Shown: piece after piece, positions 26,873-36,608 of the stretch | Position numbering within the stretch: the first letter of the stretch is position 1 | Layout of the letters: each line of letters opens with the position of its first letter | Assembly (NCBI GenBank): GCA_002069725.1 | Contig: MWBW01000004.1 | Location: 21,636-85,635, forward strand | DNA: 64,000 bases | DNA from: Firmicutes bacterium ADurb.Bin248 | GTDB lineage: Bacteria; Bacillota; Clostridia; Christensenellales; CAG-138 | Direction of reading: 5' to 3' | Position numbers and translations under genes: made by a program | Notes under the pieces: generated by a model | Database searches by the model: none | The model's input: only the letters and a program-made list of their open reading frames with translations | What the model was told of the DNA's origin: nothing

Positions 26873-27615
26873 GCATCGTCTATCGGAAATCAAAAGGGCT
26901 TACCGACGCGGAAATGCACTACTGCCCCGGCTGCACACACGGCGTGGCGCACAAACTCGTGGCGGAGGCGCTCGAGGAGCTCGGCCTCGTCGGCAGCGCC
27001 GTGGGCGTCGCCCCGGTCGGCTGCTCTGTGTTCGCCTATAACTACTTCGCGTGCGACATGCACGAGGCCGCCCACGGGCGCGCGCCCGCCGTCGCGACGG
27101 GCATCAAGCGCGTGCATCCGGATCTCGCCGTGTTCACCTATCAGGGGGACGGCGACCTCGCGGCCATAGGCACGGCGGAAATCGTGCACGCGGCCATGCG
27201 CGGGGAGAAGATCACGACCGTGTTCATCAACAACGCCATCTACGGCATGACGGGCGGGCAGATGGCGCCGACCACGCTCGTGGGCCAGAAGGCCACGACC
27301 GCGCCATTCGGCCGGCAAAAGGACCACTACGGCTCCCCCATCCGCATGGCGGAGCTGCTCTCGACCATAGACGGCTGCGTTTACGCGGAGCGCGTCACGG
27401 TCGTGGACGTGCCGAACATACTCAAGGCGAAAAAGGCGATCAAAAAGGCGTTCCAGCTCCAGATGGCGGGCGCGGGCTTCACGTTCGTCGAAGTCCTCTC
27501 GACCTGCCCGACCAATTGGGGGCTGACGCCGCTCGAGGCGATCGGCTGGCTCAAGGCGAACATGATCCCGTATTTCCCGCTGGGCGTTTACGCGGACAGA
27601 TCGGAGGCGAAATAG
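26869..27615 (+). CDS. 2-oxoacid:ferredoxin oxidoreductase beta (TPP-binding) subunit, 248 aa
   Basis: YCPGCTHG and YQGDGDLAAIG TPP motif. ATGA overlap with alpha. Confidence 0.9.
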   Translation: MSIVYRKSKGLTDAEMHYCPGCTHGVAHKLVAEALEELGLVGSAVGVAPVGCSVFAYNYFACDMHEAAHGRAPAVATGIKRVHPDLAVFTYQGDGDLAAIGTAEIVHAAMRGEKITTVFINNAIYGMTGGQMAPTTLVGQKATTAPFGRQKDHYGSPIRMAELLSTIDGCVYAERVTVVDVPNILKAKKAIKKAFQLQMAGAGFTFVEVLSTCPTNWGLTPLEAIGWLKANMIPYFPLGVYADRSEAK

Positions 27616-27616
27616 C

Positions 27617-28159
27617 ATGACGCACGAGATCGTCATTTCCGGCTTCGGCGGGCAGGGCGTGATGGCCATGGGCAAGACCCTCGCCGAGGCGGGCATGAAG
27701 GAAGGGCTTTGCGTGAGCTGGCTGCCCAGCTACGGCCCCGAGATGCGCGGCGGCACGGCCAACTGCTCGGTCGTTTTGAGCGGGGAGGAGATCATCTCCC
27801 CCATGGTGCAGAGCCCGACCGAGCTCATCGCCATGAACAAGCCCTCGCTCGTCAAGTTCGAGCCGCAGATGGTGCCGGGCGGTAAGCTCTTCGTCAACAG
27901 CAGCATCATCGAGCTCAAGGCTTCGCGCGCGGACATTTCGGCATACTACATCCCCTGCCTCTCCATCGCGGAGGAACTGGGCAACATCAAGGTCGCCAAC
28001 ATGGTCATGCTCGGCGCGTACATCGGCGCGACGGGGCTGCTTCAAACCGAAACCATACGCGGTATGCTCGCTCATATGTTCACGGGGCCCAAGGCGGCGC
28101 TCGTGGAGCTCAACATCGAGGCGCTGCGCAGGGGCGCGGCGTGCGTCAGGGAGGCGTAA
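27617..28159 (+). CDS. 2-oxoacid:ferredoxin oxidoreductase gamma subunit, 180 aa
   Basis: ISGFGGQGVMAMGK... PEMRGGTANC pattern. Confidence 0.9.
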   Translation: MTHEIVISGFGGQGVMAMGKTLAEAGMKEGLCVSWLPSYGPEMRGGTANCSVVLSGEEIISPMVQSPTELIAMNKPSLVKFEPQMVPGGKLFVNSSIIELKASRADISAYYIPCLSIAEELGNIKVANMVMLGAYIGATGLLQTETIRGMLAHMFTGPKAALVELNIEALRRGAACVREA

Positions 28160-28161
28160 CC

Positions 28162-29238
28162 ATGGAAATCCCCATTACACGGACTTCATTGCCCAAGCAA
28201 AAGTATACGGATGAGAGCAAGCTCGGCTTCGGCGTCGTGTTTACGGACCATATGTTCATCGCCAACCACGACGAGGAGCGCGGCTGGCACGACGCGCGCA
28301 TCGTGCCCTATCGGCCGCTCGAAATCGACCCGGCTTCGCCCGTGCTGCATTATTCCATCGAAATTTTCGAAGGCCTCAAGGCGTATCTTTACGAGGACGG
28401 CGAGGTGGGCCTGTTCCGGCCCGAACAGAACGCCGCGCGCATGAACCGCAGCGCGTACCGCATGTGCCTGCCGCCCATAGACGAGCAGTTGCAGCTCGAC
28501 GCCATCGAAACGCTCGTCGATCTCGAGCGGGACTGGGTGCCCCGCGCGCCGGGCACAGCGCTCTACCTTCGTCCGACGATGATCGGCGACGGGTGCAGGC
28601 TCGGCGTCCACTCCGCGCAGAAGCACATCTATTTCATCATCTGCTCCCCCTCGGGCGCGTTCTATCCCAACGGCATCAAGCCCGTGCGCATCCACATCGA
28701 GGATGCGTACGTGCGCGCCGTGCGCGGCGGCACCGGCAACGCCAAGACCGGCGGCAACTACGCATCGAGTCTTCTTGCGGCGGTCATGGCCCAGGAGAAG
28801 GGATTCGACCAGGTGCTCTGGCTCGACGGGCGCGAGAACCGCTACATCGAGGAGGTCGGCGCTATGAACACGATGTTCGTCATAGACGGCGTGCTCACCA
28901 CGCCCGCCATCAACGGCAGCATACTCGAGGGCATCACGCGCATGAGCGTGCTCGAGCTTGCCGGGGAGTTCGGCATTCCCGTGTGCGAGCGCGCGATACC
29001 GGTCGACGAGCTGTTCGAGGCATACGAAGCGGACGCGCTCACGGAGGCCTTCGGCACGGGCACGGCGGCGGTCATATCCCCCATCGGCGAGCTCGAATAC
29101 AAGGGAAAATCGATCTGTCTCGGCGCCGAGATCGGCCCCGTCGCCAAGCGCATGTACGATACGCTTACGGGCATACAGACCGGCCGTCTTGCCGACGCGC
29201 GCGGCTGGACAAAAATCGTGCCGAGAAAGCACGGATAG
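28162..29238 (+). CDS. ilvE: branched-chain amino-acid aminotransferase (fold type IV), 358 aa
   Basis: FTDHMF, VLHYSIEIFEGLKAY, GTGNAKTGGNYASSL, EEVGAMN motifs. Confidence 0.9.
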   Translation: MEIPITRTSLPKQKYTDESKLGFGVVFTDHMFIANHDEERGWHDARIVPYRPLEIDPASPVLHYSIEIFEGLKAYLYEDGEVGLFRPEQNAARMNRSAYRMCLPPIDEQLQLDAIETLVDLERDWVPRAPGTALYLRPTMIGDGCRLGVHSAQKHIYFIICSPSGAFYPNGIKPVRIHIEDAYVRAVRGGTGNAKTGGNYASSLLAAVMAQEKGFDQVLWLDGRENRYIEEVGAMNTMFVIDGVLTTPAINGSILEGITRMSVLELAGEFGIPVCERAIPVDELFEAYEADALTEAFGTGTAAVISPIGELEYKGKSICLGAEIGPVAKRMYDTLTGIQTGRLADARGWTKIVPRKHG

Positions 29239-29269
29239 GATACGCGATATTCAATCAAAGCGCGAAAAG

Positions 29270-29296
29270 GCAGGCCGTCCGCAATGGACGGCCTGC
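29270..29296. terminator. stem-loop between the convergent ilvE and ABC permease genes
   Basis: GCAGGCCGTCC-GCAAT-GGACGGCCTGC (11-bp stem). The T-tract (CTTTTC) is only on the minus-strand side. Confidence 0.55.
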
Positions 29297-29324
29297 GCGT
29301 TATCGGCTTGAAGCCGCGGCGCGT

Positions 29325-30176
29325 TCAGTTGACCTTCTCCCACTCCTTCTGCTTGAGGTTGGTGTAGAGGTACACCACGGCGGATACGGACGAGAACAGG
29401 AAGATCACCACCGAGAGCGCGGCGGAAAGCTCATAGTTCATATAGGTGGAGAACTGCCGCCTCAGGTATACGCCCAGCATCATAGGATGGTTGGGGCCGA
29501 TGAGGTAGGGCGTCGTGAAGGAGCTGATGTTGCTCATGAACACGAAGGTCATGGCGATGAGCACATCCTTGATGGAGAGCGGAAGTATCATCCTGAAAAA
29601 CACGCTCAGCTTGTGCGCGCCGACGTCGCGCGCGCTCTCCACCACGGAATTCGGTATGGCCGAAAGGGACGCGGAAACGATCATGGCCGCAAAGGGGATG
29701 TTGAACCACAGGTTCATCATGATGATGCCCTTCGGATTGAACAGAAGGCCGGGCTTGAAGCTGGCGCCGAAAAGCTGCGAAACCCGGTTGAGGAAGCCCG
29801 AGTCGCGCACGACCGTCATCATGGCGTAGATGGCCACGAGCGTGGGCACGAAGCGCGGCAGCAGATACAGCGAGCCGATGAGCCTCGAGATCTTCCCCTC
29901 CGAAAAGCGCAGGTAGAGCGAAAGCACGTACGCGAACGCGATGGCGAGCAGCACCGTCGCCGCCGTCACCCAGAACGTGAACCAGATGTTGTCCAGCGCG
30001 ATTTTATCCGTGAACAAAAACCGGTAGTTTTCGAGCGTAAACGCGCCCTCTGCATCCCGGAAGCTCTTGACGAGCGTGTTGAGCATGGGATACGCGATGA
30101 TGCCCAGCGAGAGTACCAGCGCTGGCAGCAGCATAAGCACGATGAACAAATTGGTTTTCCATGTGCGCTTTTGCAT
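29325..30176 (-). CDS. ABC transporter permease (PotB/PotC-like), 283 aa
   Basis: 6-TM binding-protein-dependent permease with EAA-like loop (VESARDVGAHKLSVFFRMILP). Confidence 0.85.
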   Translation of the reverse strand: MQKRTWKTNLFIVLMLLPALVLSLGIIAYPMLNTLVKSFRDAEGAFTLENYRFLFTDKIALDNIWFTFWVTAATVLLAIAFAYVLSLYLRFSEGKISRLIGSLYLLPRFVPTLVAIYAMMTVVRDSGFLNRVSQLFGASFKPGLLFNPKGIIMMNLWFNIPFAAMIVSASLSAIPNSVVESARDVGAHKLSVFFRMILPLSIKDVLIAMTFVFMSNISSFTTPYLIGPNHPMMLGVYLRRQFSTYMNYELSAALSVVIFLFSSVSAVVYLYTNLKQKEWEKVN

Positions 30177-30201
30177 GCCGTGGCCTCCTTAAAGTTCCTG
30201 C

Positions 30202-30225
30202 GCGGGGCGGCGCGGGCCGCCCCGC
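30202..30225 (-). promoter_or_regulatory. intercistronic GC-rich stem-loop (SBP gene / permease gene)
   Basis: GCGGGGCGGC-4 nt-GCCGCCCCGC (10-bp stem) with no T-tract. Position suggests an mRNA-stability or decoupling element. Confidence 0.4.
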
Positions 30226-30279
30226 CTGCTTGTCAAAAACGGCTTCTCCGCTTTGAGGGAAATCTCCGCGCCGTCCCGC

Positions 30280-31500
30280 TTACTTGATGGTGGCGATCTC
30301 CGCGTCCCACTTCTCGTTGAGCTTCTTGCCAAGGTCGCCCAGGGAGATGACGGAGAACTTGGATACGTCGAGCCCGAGCACCTTCTCCACCACATCCGAA
30401 TCGATGGCGGCCGGGTCGATCACGGGCACCGCGTAGATGGTTTCAAGGCAGATCTTCTGCCCTTCGGGGCTGATCATGAAGTTGATGAAGTCGTAACAGG
30501 CCTCGGCGTTCGCGCCGATAGAGGGGATGGCGAACACCACGTCCGTGCCGTTGAGCGAGGCGTCGCCGAGCTGCATCATGGCCGTGGTCGCGGGAAGCGT
30601 GCCGCTTGCGACGTTGGTCAGTATCTGATCCGCCCAGGCCGGGATGATGTCGACTTCCTTATTGATCAGCAGGTCGAGCGTGCCCTGGTTCTTGTTGGGA
30701 TACACGACCGCGCCGCCGGACTGATACAGGTACGGATGGATCTCCGTGAGCCAGTTGAAGCCTGCCGTCCACTCGGCCATCCATTTTTCGTCGTTGGAGG
30801 TTTTCGCCTCGACCGGCATGTCCTTATAGACCGCGGTGCTCACGAAGCCTCCGCCCGCGCCGCCGGTGCTGGGCACGTTGTACGCGAAGCGGCCGGGATG
30901 ATCCTTGATCCACTGGGTAAGCTCGGCCCATGTGGTCGGCGGGCTGGGCACGCGCTCCGTATCATAGGCGAACACGACCGTGGTGCCGCGGTACGGCACG
31001 ACCTTCTCGTTGTCGAACGCGGACTTGATCAAAACATTGTTATAGTTGGGGATCTTCGAAAAATCCATCTTGACGAACAGGTCGTCGCTGCCCGCGGCGT
31101 CCACATAGCCCTGCAGGGCCGTGCTGTTTTCCGCGATCAGGTCGAAGCCCGCGTCCGTCTGGCTGGTCTTATAAGCCGCGGCCATGCGGTCCGAGAGCGT
31201 GGCCTCGCCCGTGCCGGACATGATGAACTGCAGCTCCATGACCGCGGTGGACTCGGGGCGCGCGTTGTAGGCTTCGATCGCTTTGGCGAACAAGTCGGAA
31301 AGGTTCTGCGAGCCCGTCGTCCAGAGCGTGACGGTGGGCTTCTCGACGACGGGGGGTGCCGTTTCAACCGGCGCCGCGGTTTGCTGCTGGGGCTGCTCCG
31401 TGGGCGGCGGCGTGGTCTCCTCCGCGGCCGGCGTGCCGCAGCCCGCGAGCAAGCCGAGGGCCAGGAAGAGAACCATCGTCAGTGAAAGCAAGCGTTTCAT
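30280..31500 (-). CDS. ABC transporter substrate-binding lipoprotein, 406 aa
   Basis: MKRLLSLTMVLFLALGLLAGC lipobox. ATG at 31500 after AGGAGG. Pro/Thr-rich linker then an SBP fold. Confidence 0.85.
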   Translation of the reverse strand: MKRLLSLTMVLFLALGLLAGCGTPAAEETTPPPTEQPQQQTAAPVETAPPVVEKPTVTLWTTGSQNLSDLFAKAIEAYNARPESTAVMELQFIMSGTGEATLSDRMAAAYKTSQTDAGFDLIAENSTALQGYVDAAGSDDLFVKMDFSKIPNYNNVLIKSAFDNEKVVPYRGTTVVFAYDTERVPSPPTTWAELTQWIKDHPGRFAYNVPSTGGAGGGFVSTAVYKDMPVEAKTSNDEKWMAEWTAGFNWLTEIHPYLYQSGGAVVYPNKNQGTLDLLINKEVDIIPAWADQILTNVASGTLPATTAMMQLGDASLNGTDVVFAIPSIGANAEACYDFINFMISPEGQKICLETIYAVPVIDPAAIDSDVVEKVLGLDVSKFSVISLGDLGKKLNEKWDAEIATIK

Positions 31501-31580
31501 GTTTCCTCTTTCCTCCTGTTTCATGGTTTTATTTAGAAGGGCAGCGCCGCAGACGCGCGCCTGCGCCGCCCCGCTTCACG

Positions 31581-32543
31581 CTAAAAGCGGAAGGAGCTCT
31601 CGAACCGGAGCGCCACCGGATCGCCGCTTTTGAACTTTTCGGCCTGCTCCGCCGACACGAAGGACTTGACGATGCCGTATTCCGTATCTACGGTCAGCTC
31701 GATGTAGTGGCCGAGCATCATGATCGTGCGCACGGAGCCCGCGAGGTCGCCCTCCCCGTGCGCCGAAACGACCACGTTCTCCGGGCGCACGGCAAGCGTC
31801 TCCCCGTCCCGCTCTATGAAGTTCATCTCGCCGATGAAGTCCGCGACGTAGCGGCTCCTCGGGTGGTTGTAGACCTCGCGCGGCGTGCCCATCTGCTCGA
31901 ACGAGCCCTTGTTCATCACCACGATGCGGTCGGAGAGCGCCATCGCCTCCTCCTGGTCATGGGTGACGAACACGACCGTGATGTTCAGGTCGGTCTGGAT
32001 CTTTCTCAACTCCTCGCGCATCTGGGAGCGGATCTTTGCGTCGAGCGCGGAGAACGGCTCGTCGAGCAGCAGCACGTCCGGCTTGAGCAGGAGCGAGCGT
32101 CCTATGGCGATGCGCTGCTGCTGGCCGCCCGACATCTGCCCGGGATACTTGTGCTCCATGCCCGTCATCTTGACGAGCGCGAGCATCTCCATGACGCGGC
32201 GTTTGCGCTCCTCCCTTGGAACCTTGCGAAGCTTGAGGCCGAAGGCCATGTTCTCCATCACCGTCATGTGCGGCCAGAGGTTGTAGCTCTGGAACACCAT
32301 GGCCGTGGGGCGCTTCTCGGGCGGAAGACGGCTGATGTCCTTGCCGTCGATGAGGATCTCGCCCGACGTGCATTGGATAAAGCCCCCCACGGAACGCAGT
32401 ATGGTGGTCTTGCCGCAGCCGGAAGGGCCCAGCAGCGTCACCAGCTCGCCGGTCGCCACGCGAAGGCTGATGTCGCGCACGCCGTCGCCGTTCTTGTAGA
32501 GGGTGGTCATGTTCCGGATCTCGAGTTTCACGTTTTCGTTCAT
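31581..32543 (-). CDS. ABC transporter ATP-binding protein (PotA/FbpC-like), 320 aa
   Basis: GPSGCGKTT, LSGGQQQR variant (MSGGQQQRIAI), LLLDEPFSALD. Confidence 0.9.
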   Translation of the reverse strand: MNENVKLEIRNMTTLYKNGDGVRDISLRVATGELVTLLGPSGCGKTTILRSVGGFIQCTSGEILIDGKDISRLPPEKRPTAMVFQSYNLWPHMTVMENMAFGLKLRKVPREERKRRVMEMLALVKMTGMEHKYPGQMSGGQQQRIAIGRSLLLKPDVLLLDEPFSALDAKIRSQMREELRKIQTDLNITVVFVTHDQEEAMALSDRIVVMNKGSFEQMGTPREVYNHPRSRYVADFIGEMNFIERDGETLAVRPENVVVSAHGEGDLAGSVRTIMMLGHYIELTVDTEYGIVKSFVSAEQAEKFKSGDPVALRFESSFRF

Positions 32544-32571
32544 ATAGCCTCCTGAATGCTCCCGTTTCCGC

Positions 32572-33414
32572 TCAGCCCATCTTATAGCCTTTGGAGATCG
32601 TTTCCGCGCCCAAATACCTGCGCATGAGAAGCAGGAGCAGTATGTTCGGCACGATCAGAATCAGCGCGAACACCGCGCCCGCCGTCGCCGGATAATCGAG
32701 TATCACGCCGTACATCTCGACCGGCATGGTGCGGTAGTTCGGCAGGCCGACCAGAAGCGTGCCCTCGCTCTCGCCCAGGGAGCCTATGAAGGCGAACATG
32801 GCCGCCACGGCGATGCCGGGCCAGGCCATGGGCAGCGTCACGTGCAGAAACGTCTGCAAAGGGCTCGCGCCGACGTCGCGCGCGGCCTCCTCCTGCTGGC
32901 GCGGGACGCTGCGGAACGCCCCCGAGGGCAGCCAGATCATCATCATCATGGTGCCGAGCAGGTGTATGAGCAGCACGCCCGGGAACGTGCCCATCAGCCC
33001 GATTCGATAGAAGATGATGCCTATGGAGGTATAGATGCCGATGCGCGGGAAGGCGTTGCCCAGAAGGAACGAGAACATCACGGCCTTGCGGCCCGGAAAT
33101 TCGTAGCGCGCGAGCACATAGGCCGCGGGCAGGCAGATCACCATCGACGCGAACGTCGTGATGAACGCGATGGTGAAGGAAAGCGTGATGGAGCTCACGA
33201 GCGTGCGCTGGCCGAGCACATACTCCCACCACTGGAAGCCGAACTTCTGCGGGACCACGCCGGGCGCTTCGTATTTGTCGGCGAACGCGAGCATGAACAT
33301 GTGCAGCAGCGGCCCGTAGAAAAACAGTATGAACGCGACCAGCAGCAGCCATTCCCAGAAGCGCCTGCGCCCGAGCGAATGATAGAAACGTTTCGGGTTG
33401 AAAAAGTAGCTCAT
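32572..33414 (-). CDS. ABC transporter permease, 280 aa
   Basis: ATG at 33414 (MSYFFNPKRF...) with RBS GGAAGGA 9 nt upstream. EAA loop EEAARDVGASPLQTFLHVTLP. ATGA overlap with the GDPD gene stop. Confidence 0.85.
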   Translation of the reverse strand: MSYFFNPKRFYHSLGRRRFWEWLLLVAFILFFYGPLLHMFMLAFADKYEAPGVVPQKFGFQWWEYVLGQRTLVSSITLSFTIAFITTFASMVICLPAAYVLARYEFPGRKAVMFSFLLGNAFPRIGIYTSIGIIFYRIGLMGTFPGVLLIHLLGTMMMMIWLPSGAFRSVPRQQEEAARDVGASPLQTFLHVTLPMAWPGIAVAAMFAFIGSLGESEGTLLVGLPNYRTMPVEMYGVILDYPATAGAVFALILIVPNILLLLLMRRYLGAETISKGYKMG

Positions 33415-34223
33415 GAACGGCATCCTTCCTTTCTCGGCGGGGGTTCGGTCCGCGTCCCCGGCCCCGGCTCCATGCCGCGCCGGATGGCGAGCGCCAGGCC
33501 CACGCGGAGCGTGGTGAGGCTGGCGACGCCGCAGGCCAGCATGCTGCGGATCCATTCCTCGTCGTTGACCGTCCAAACGGAAAGCCTCACGCCGCGCGCG
33601 CGGATGCGCTCCATACGCTCCTGCGTGAGCAGCGCGTAAGGTACGTTCAGCGTCCATACGCCAAGCTCAACGCACATACCGCACGCGCGCTCGAGGTGCG
33701 CGTCCGCCTCCCCCGCCATTTCGCGCACGTACGGCCACGGCGTCCCGCGCACGAGGGCGCAGGTTTGCGCGGTCCTCTCCCGCGCGGGCAGGCCCTCGAG
33801 ATACAGCTCGGCGAGCGCCTGCTCGAGGTTGAGCGCGACGCGCGCACGTTCGAGCACGCGGGGATTCTCCCGCAGGTACGCAGGATGGACGCTTCCGGAA
33901 AGCACGAGCCGCTCGTTGTCCAATCCGTATCGCGCGGCGAGCGCGAGCACGTCCGGGATGACATCCGCCTCCTTGATGTCGCAGTTGACCTTCATCCCCG
34001 CGCGGGGGGCGACAAGGGCGAAAACCTGCTCCAACCGCGGCCGGGAAGCGTACTCCGCCTCGCCGCGCCTGTCGTGGGAGAGCACGAGGCTCCCCGCGCC
34101 GCGCCGCACATCCACCTCGGCGGCGTCCGCGCCGAGCCGTATGGCCGCCTCCACCGATTCGACGGAATCCATGGGCGTGCCCTCGCAGCCCGAATGCGCG
34201 GTGATCTCGGCAAGCTGAATCAA
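33411..34223 (-). CDS. glycerophosphodiester phosphodiesterase (GDPD) family protein, about 270 aa
   Basis: AEITAHSGCEGT...GADAAEVDVRR GDPD N-terminal motifs. Start uncertain: I favour the TTG at 34223 (GGAAAGGA 8 nt upstream) over the track start at 34337 (also TTG, no RBS). Confidence 0.65.
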   Translation of the reverse strand: MIQLAEITAHSGCEGTPMDSVESVEAAIRLGADAAEVDVRRGAGSLVLSHDRRGEAEYASRPRLEQVFALVAPRAGMKVNCDIKEADVIPDVLALAARYGLDNERLVLSGSVHPAYLRENPRVLERARVALNLEQALAELYLEGLPARERTAQTCALVRGTPWPYVREMAGEADAHLERACGMCVELGVWTLNVPYALLTQERMERIRARGVRLSVWTVNDEEWIRSMLACGVASLTTLRVGLALAIRRGMEPGPGTRTEPPPRKEGCRS

Positions 34224-34427
34224 TCGCAGCGTCCTTTCCGCGCGGCGCAATTTTTCCGGACGCGCGGGTTGCAAAACCGCGCCCGGCATTGCGCACGCTA
34301 AGAATAATCCGCCCCGCGGGGTTAAAAATACAGGCAACGTAACGCGATCGGGTAAAACGCTTAAAGCGGAAATAAAGATCGAATCGAATTTTGCCGGCTT
34401 GCAGAACGGAGCCGGGAAACCATCCGG

Positions 34428-34456
34428 TTGACAACGGCAATCCCGTTGTTTATAAT
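34428..34456 (+). promoter_or_regulatory. consensus sigma-70 promoter with embedded inverted repeat
   Basis: TTGACA, 17 nt, TATAAT (perfect). The spacer contains ACAACGG-CAATC-CCGTTGT (7-bp arms). About 100 nt upstream of the LacI-family gene. Confidence 0.6.
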
Positions 34457-34559
34457 GAAACCGGTTGCAAGAGTTTCAACTATAAACCATGACTTGATTA
34501 TACTAGCTTCACATGGAAATGCAAGCAGAAATTTACTCGAAAGAGGGGAACTTCCTCCT

Positions 34560-35657
34560 ATGAAAAAGCGGCTGATCGACATCGCGCGGCTCGCGGGCGT
34601 TTCCAAGGCGACCGCCTCGCGGGCGCTTGCCGACTCCCCCCTCGTGCGGGAGGAAACCAAGCTTCGCGTGCAGGAAATCGCGCGCTCTTTCCGCTACCAG
34701 CCCAACGCCCTCGCGCAGGCCGTGGCGACCAAGCGCTCGGGCATACTGGGTCTTTGCATCTATCAGAAGAACAGGCCCTACTTCGCGCACACCTTCTTCG
34801 GCCCCGTGCTGGACAGCGTGTTGGAGGAGGCCGGCCGCAACAACTACCACATCGTGCTCGCGATCTCCTCGAGCGAGGAGGACACGTTCGACGAGCATTT
34901 CATCAAGGACAGCATAGACGGCGCGATACTCATTTCCTTCGCGCCGCAGCACGCGGTGACGGAGTTCGCCCGCCGCGGCATACCGCTGGTGCTGGTCAAC
35001 GCCCTGATCGACTCGCCCAACAACGCCTTCATACTCGACGACAACTACGGCGGCGCGCGCGCGCTCATGGAGCACCTGATCGCCGAGCGCGGCCGCAGGC
35101 GCATCGCCATCATCACGGACCGCCTGAGCCACAGCAGCTATCTGCTGCGCTACATGGCGTATATGGATGCGCACCGCGAGCACGGCATCCCCATCTATGA
35201 AAACCCGGCCGTCCGGGCGGACGATCTCTGGCACGGCTACGCGCCGCCCGAAGCCGAGGTGCTCGCGCTGTACGGCCTCAAGCCTCCGGATATGCTCGGC
35301 ACGCCCGTCGTGCTGCGCAGCACCTCCCCCGAGGAAGGACGCCAGGCCATGCGCATGCTCCTCGGAAGCGGCGACGCGCCCGACGCCGTGTTCGCGACGA
35401 CGGACAGCATCGCCGTGGGCGTGCTGCAGGCCATACGCGAGGCGAATCTTAGAATCCCCGAGGACATCGCCGTCGCGGGCTACGACGACATCGAGGCTGC
35501 GAAATCCTGCGTTCCCCCGCTGACGACTGTGAGCGTCAACCGCTGCGAGATCGGCAGGCTCGCCGTGAGCGAGCTGCTCGCCCAGATCGCGCAGCCGTCA
35601 AGCCCGAGCCGCATGCGCATCGTGCCCAACCGCCTCGTCGTACGCGAAAGCACCTGA
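34560..35657 (+). CDS. LacI-family transcriptional regulator, 365 aa
   Basis: MKKRLIDIARLAGVSKATASRAL HTH plus a periplasmic-binding-protein-like domain. Confidence 0.9.
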   Translation: MKKRLIDIARLAGVSKATASRALADSPLVREETKLRVQEIARSFRYQPNALAQAVATKRSGILGLCIYQKNRPYFAHTFFGPVLDSVLEEAGRNNYHIVLAISSSEEDTFDEHFIKDSIDGAILISFAPQHAVTEFARRGIPLVLVNALIDSPNNAFILDDNYGGARALMEHLIAERGRRRIAIITDRLSHSSYLLRYMAYMDAHREHGIPIYENPAVRADDLWHGYAPPEAEVLALYGLKPPDMLGTPVVLRSTSPEEGRQAMRMLLGSGDAPDAVFATTDSIAVGVLQAIREANLRIPEDIAVAGYDDIEAAKSCVPPLTTVSVNRCEIGRLAVSELLAQIAQPSSPSRMRIVPNRLVVREST

Positions 35658-35705
35658 TTTCATCGCCGGAACCGCTCCATCCCGCGCGCAGAGAGGAAAA
35701 ACGCC

Positions 35706-36590
35706 ATGCAAGCACCGAGCTTCGACCTGCTGATCATCGGAGAGCCCTCCCTCGACATCAACACGGATTACGGCGGCGAAACCGTGCGCGAAACGGGCGG
35801 CGCGGTCGTGTACGCGGGCTACGCGGCCTCGGCGCTGGGAAACCGCACGGCGGTTGTGCCCAAGGCGAACCCGAAGGATATGGATATGCGCGCGCTTTTT
35901 GCCAAAGCGCGAAACGTGACGGTGTTCCCGCTCGAAAGCGCGGGCAGCACCTCCATAAAGAACGTATACCACACGGCGGACCGAGAGCGGCGCACCTGCA
36001 CCGCCGTCAGCCGCATAGAGCCTTACGCGGCGGACGAGATCCCCAAGGCGGACAGCCGCGTCATCCACATCGCGGGGCTCGTCTACGGGGATATCGGCAA
36101 CGACGTGATCGCCCTGGCCGCGCGGCGCGCCGAAGCCGCCGTGGACGCGCAATGCCTGCTTCGCCACGACGAGGGAGGCGGTATGGTATTTCGCGACTGG
36201 AAAGAAAAAAAGGAAATGCTCCCGCTCATCCGCTTCCTCAAGACCGACGCGGCCGAGGCGGAGATATTGACCGGCACGCCGGACCGCGCGCAAGCCGCGC
36301 GGCGGCTCTTCGCGTGGGGCGCGAAGGAAATTATGATCACGCACAACACGGAGGCGCTCGTCTACGACGGCAGGGAAATTTATACCTGTCCGCTCAGGCC
36401 GCGCGGGCTCGCGGGCCGCACCGGGCGCGGGGACACGTGCTTCGCCGCGTATCTCGGGGAGCGCCTGCGCGCGGGCATCCCGGAGGCGCTTCTCACCGCC
36501 TCCGCGCTGGTTTCGCTCAAAATGGAAACCCCCGGCCCTTTCATGGGCACGCGCGCCGACGTGGAGGAGTATATCCGCATGTTCTATTGA
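35706..36590 (+). CDS. PfkB-family carbohydrate kinase, 294 aa
   Basis: GGAVVYAG N-terminal motif and C-terminal GRGDTCFAAY (DTxGAGD-type) motif. Confidence 0.85.
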   Translation: MQAPSFDLLIIGEPSLDINTDYGGETVRETGGAVVYAGYAASALGNRTAVVPKANPKDMDMRALFAKARNVTVFPLESAGSTSIKNVYHTADRERRTCTAVSRIEPYAADEIPKADSRVIHIAGLVYGDIGNDVIALAARRAEAAVDAQCLLRHDEGGGMVFRDWKEKKEMLPLIRFLKTDAAEAEILTGTPDRAQAARRLFAWGAKEIMITHNTEALVYDGREIYTCPLRPRGLAGRTGRGDTCFAAYLGERLRAGIPEALLTASALVSLKMETPGPFMGTRADVEEYIRMFY

Positions 36591-36608
36591 AACGGGAGGC
36601 GGCTTCGT

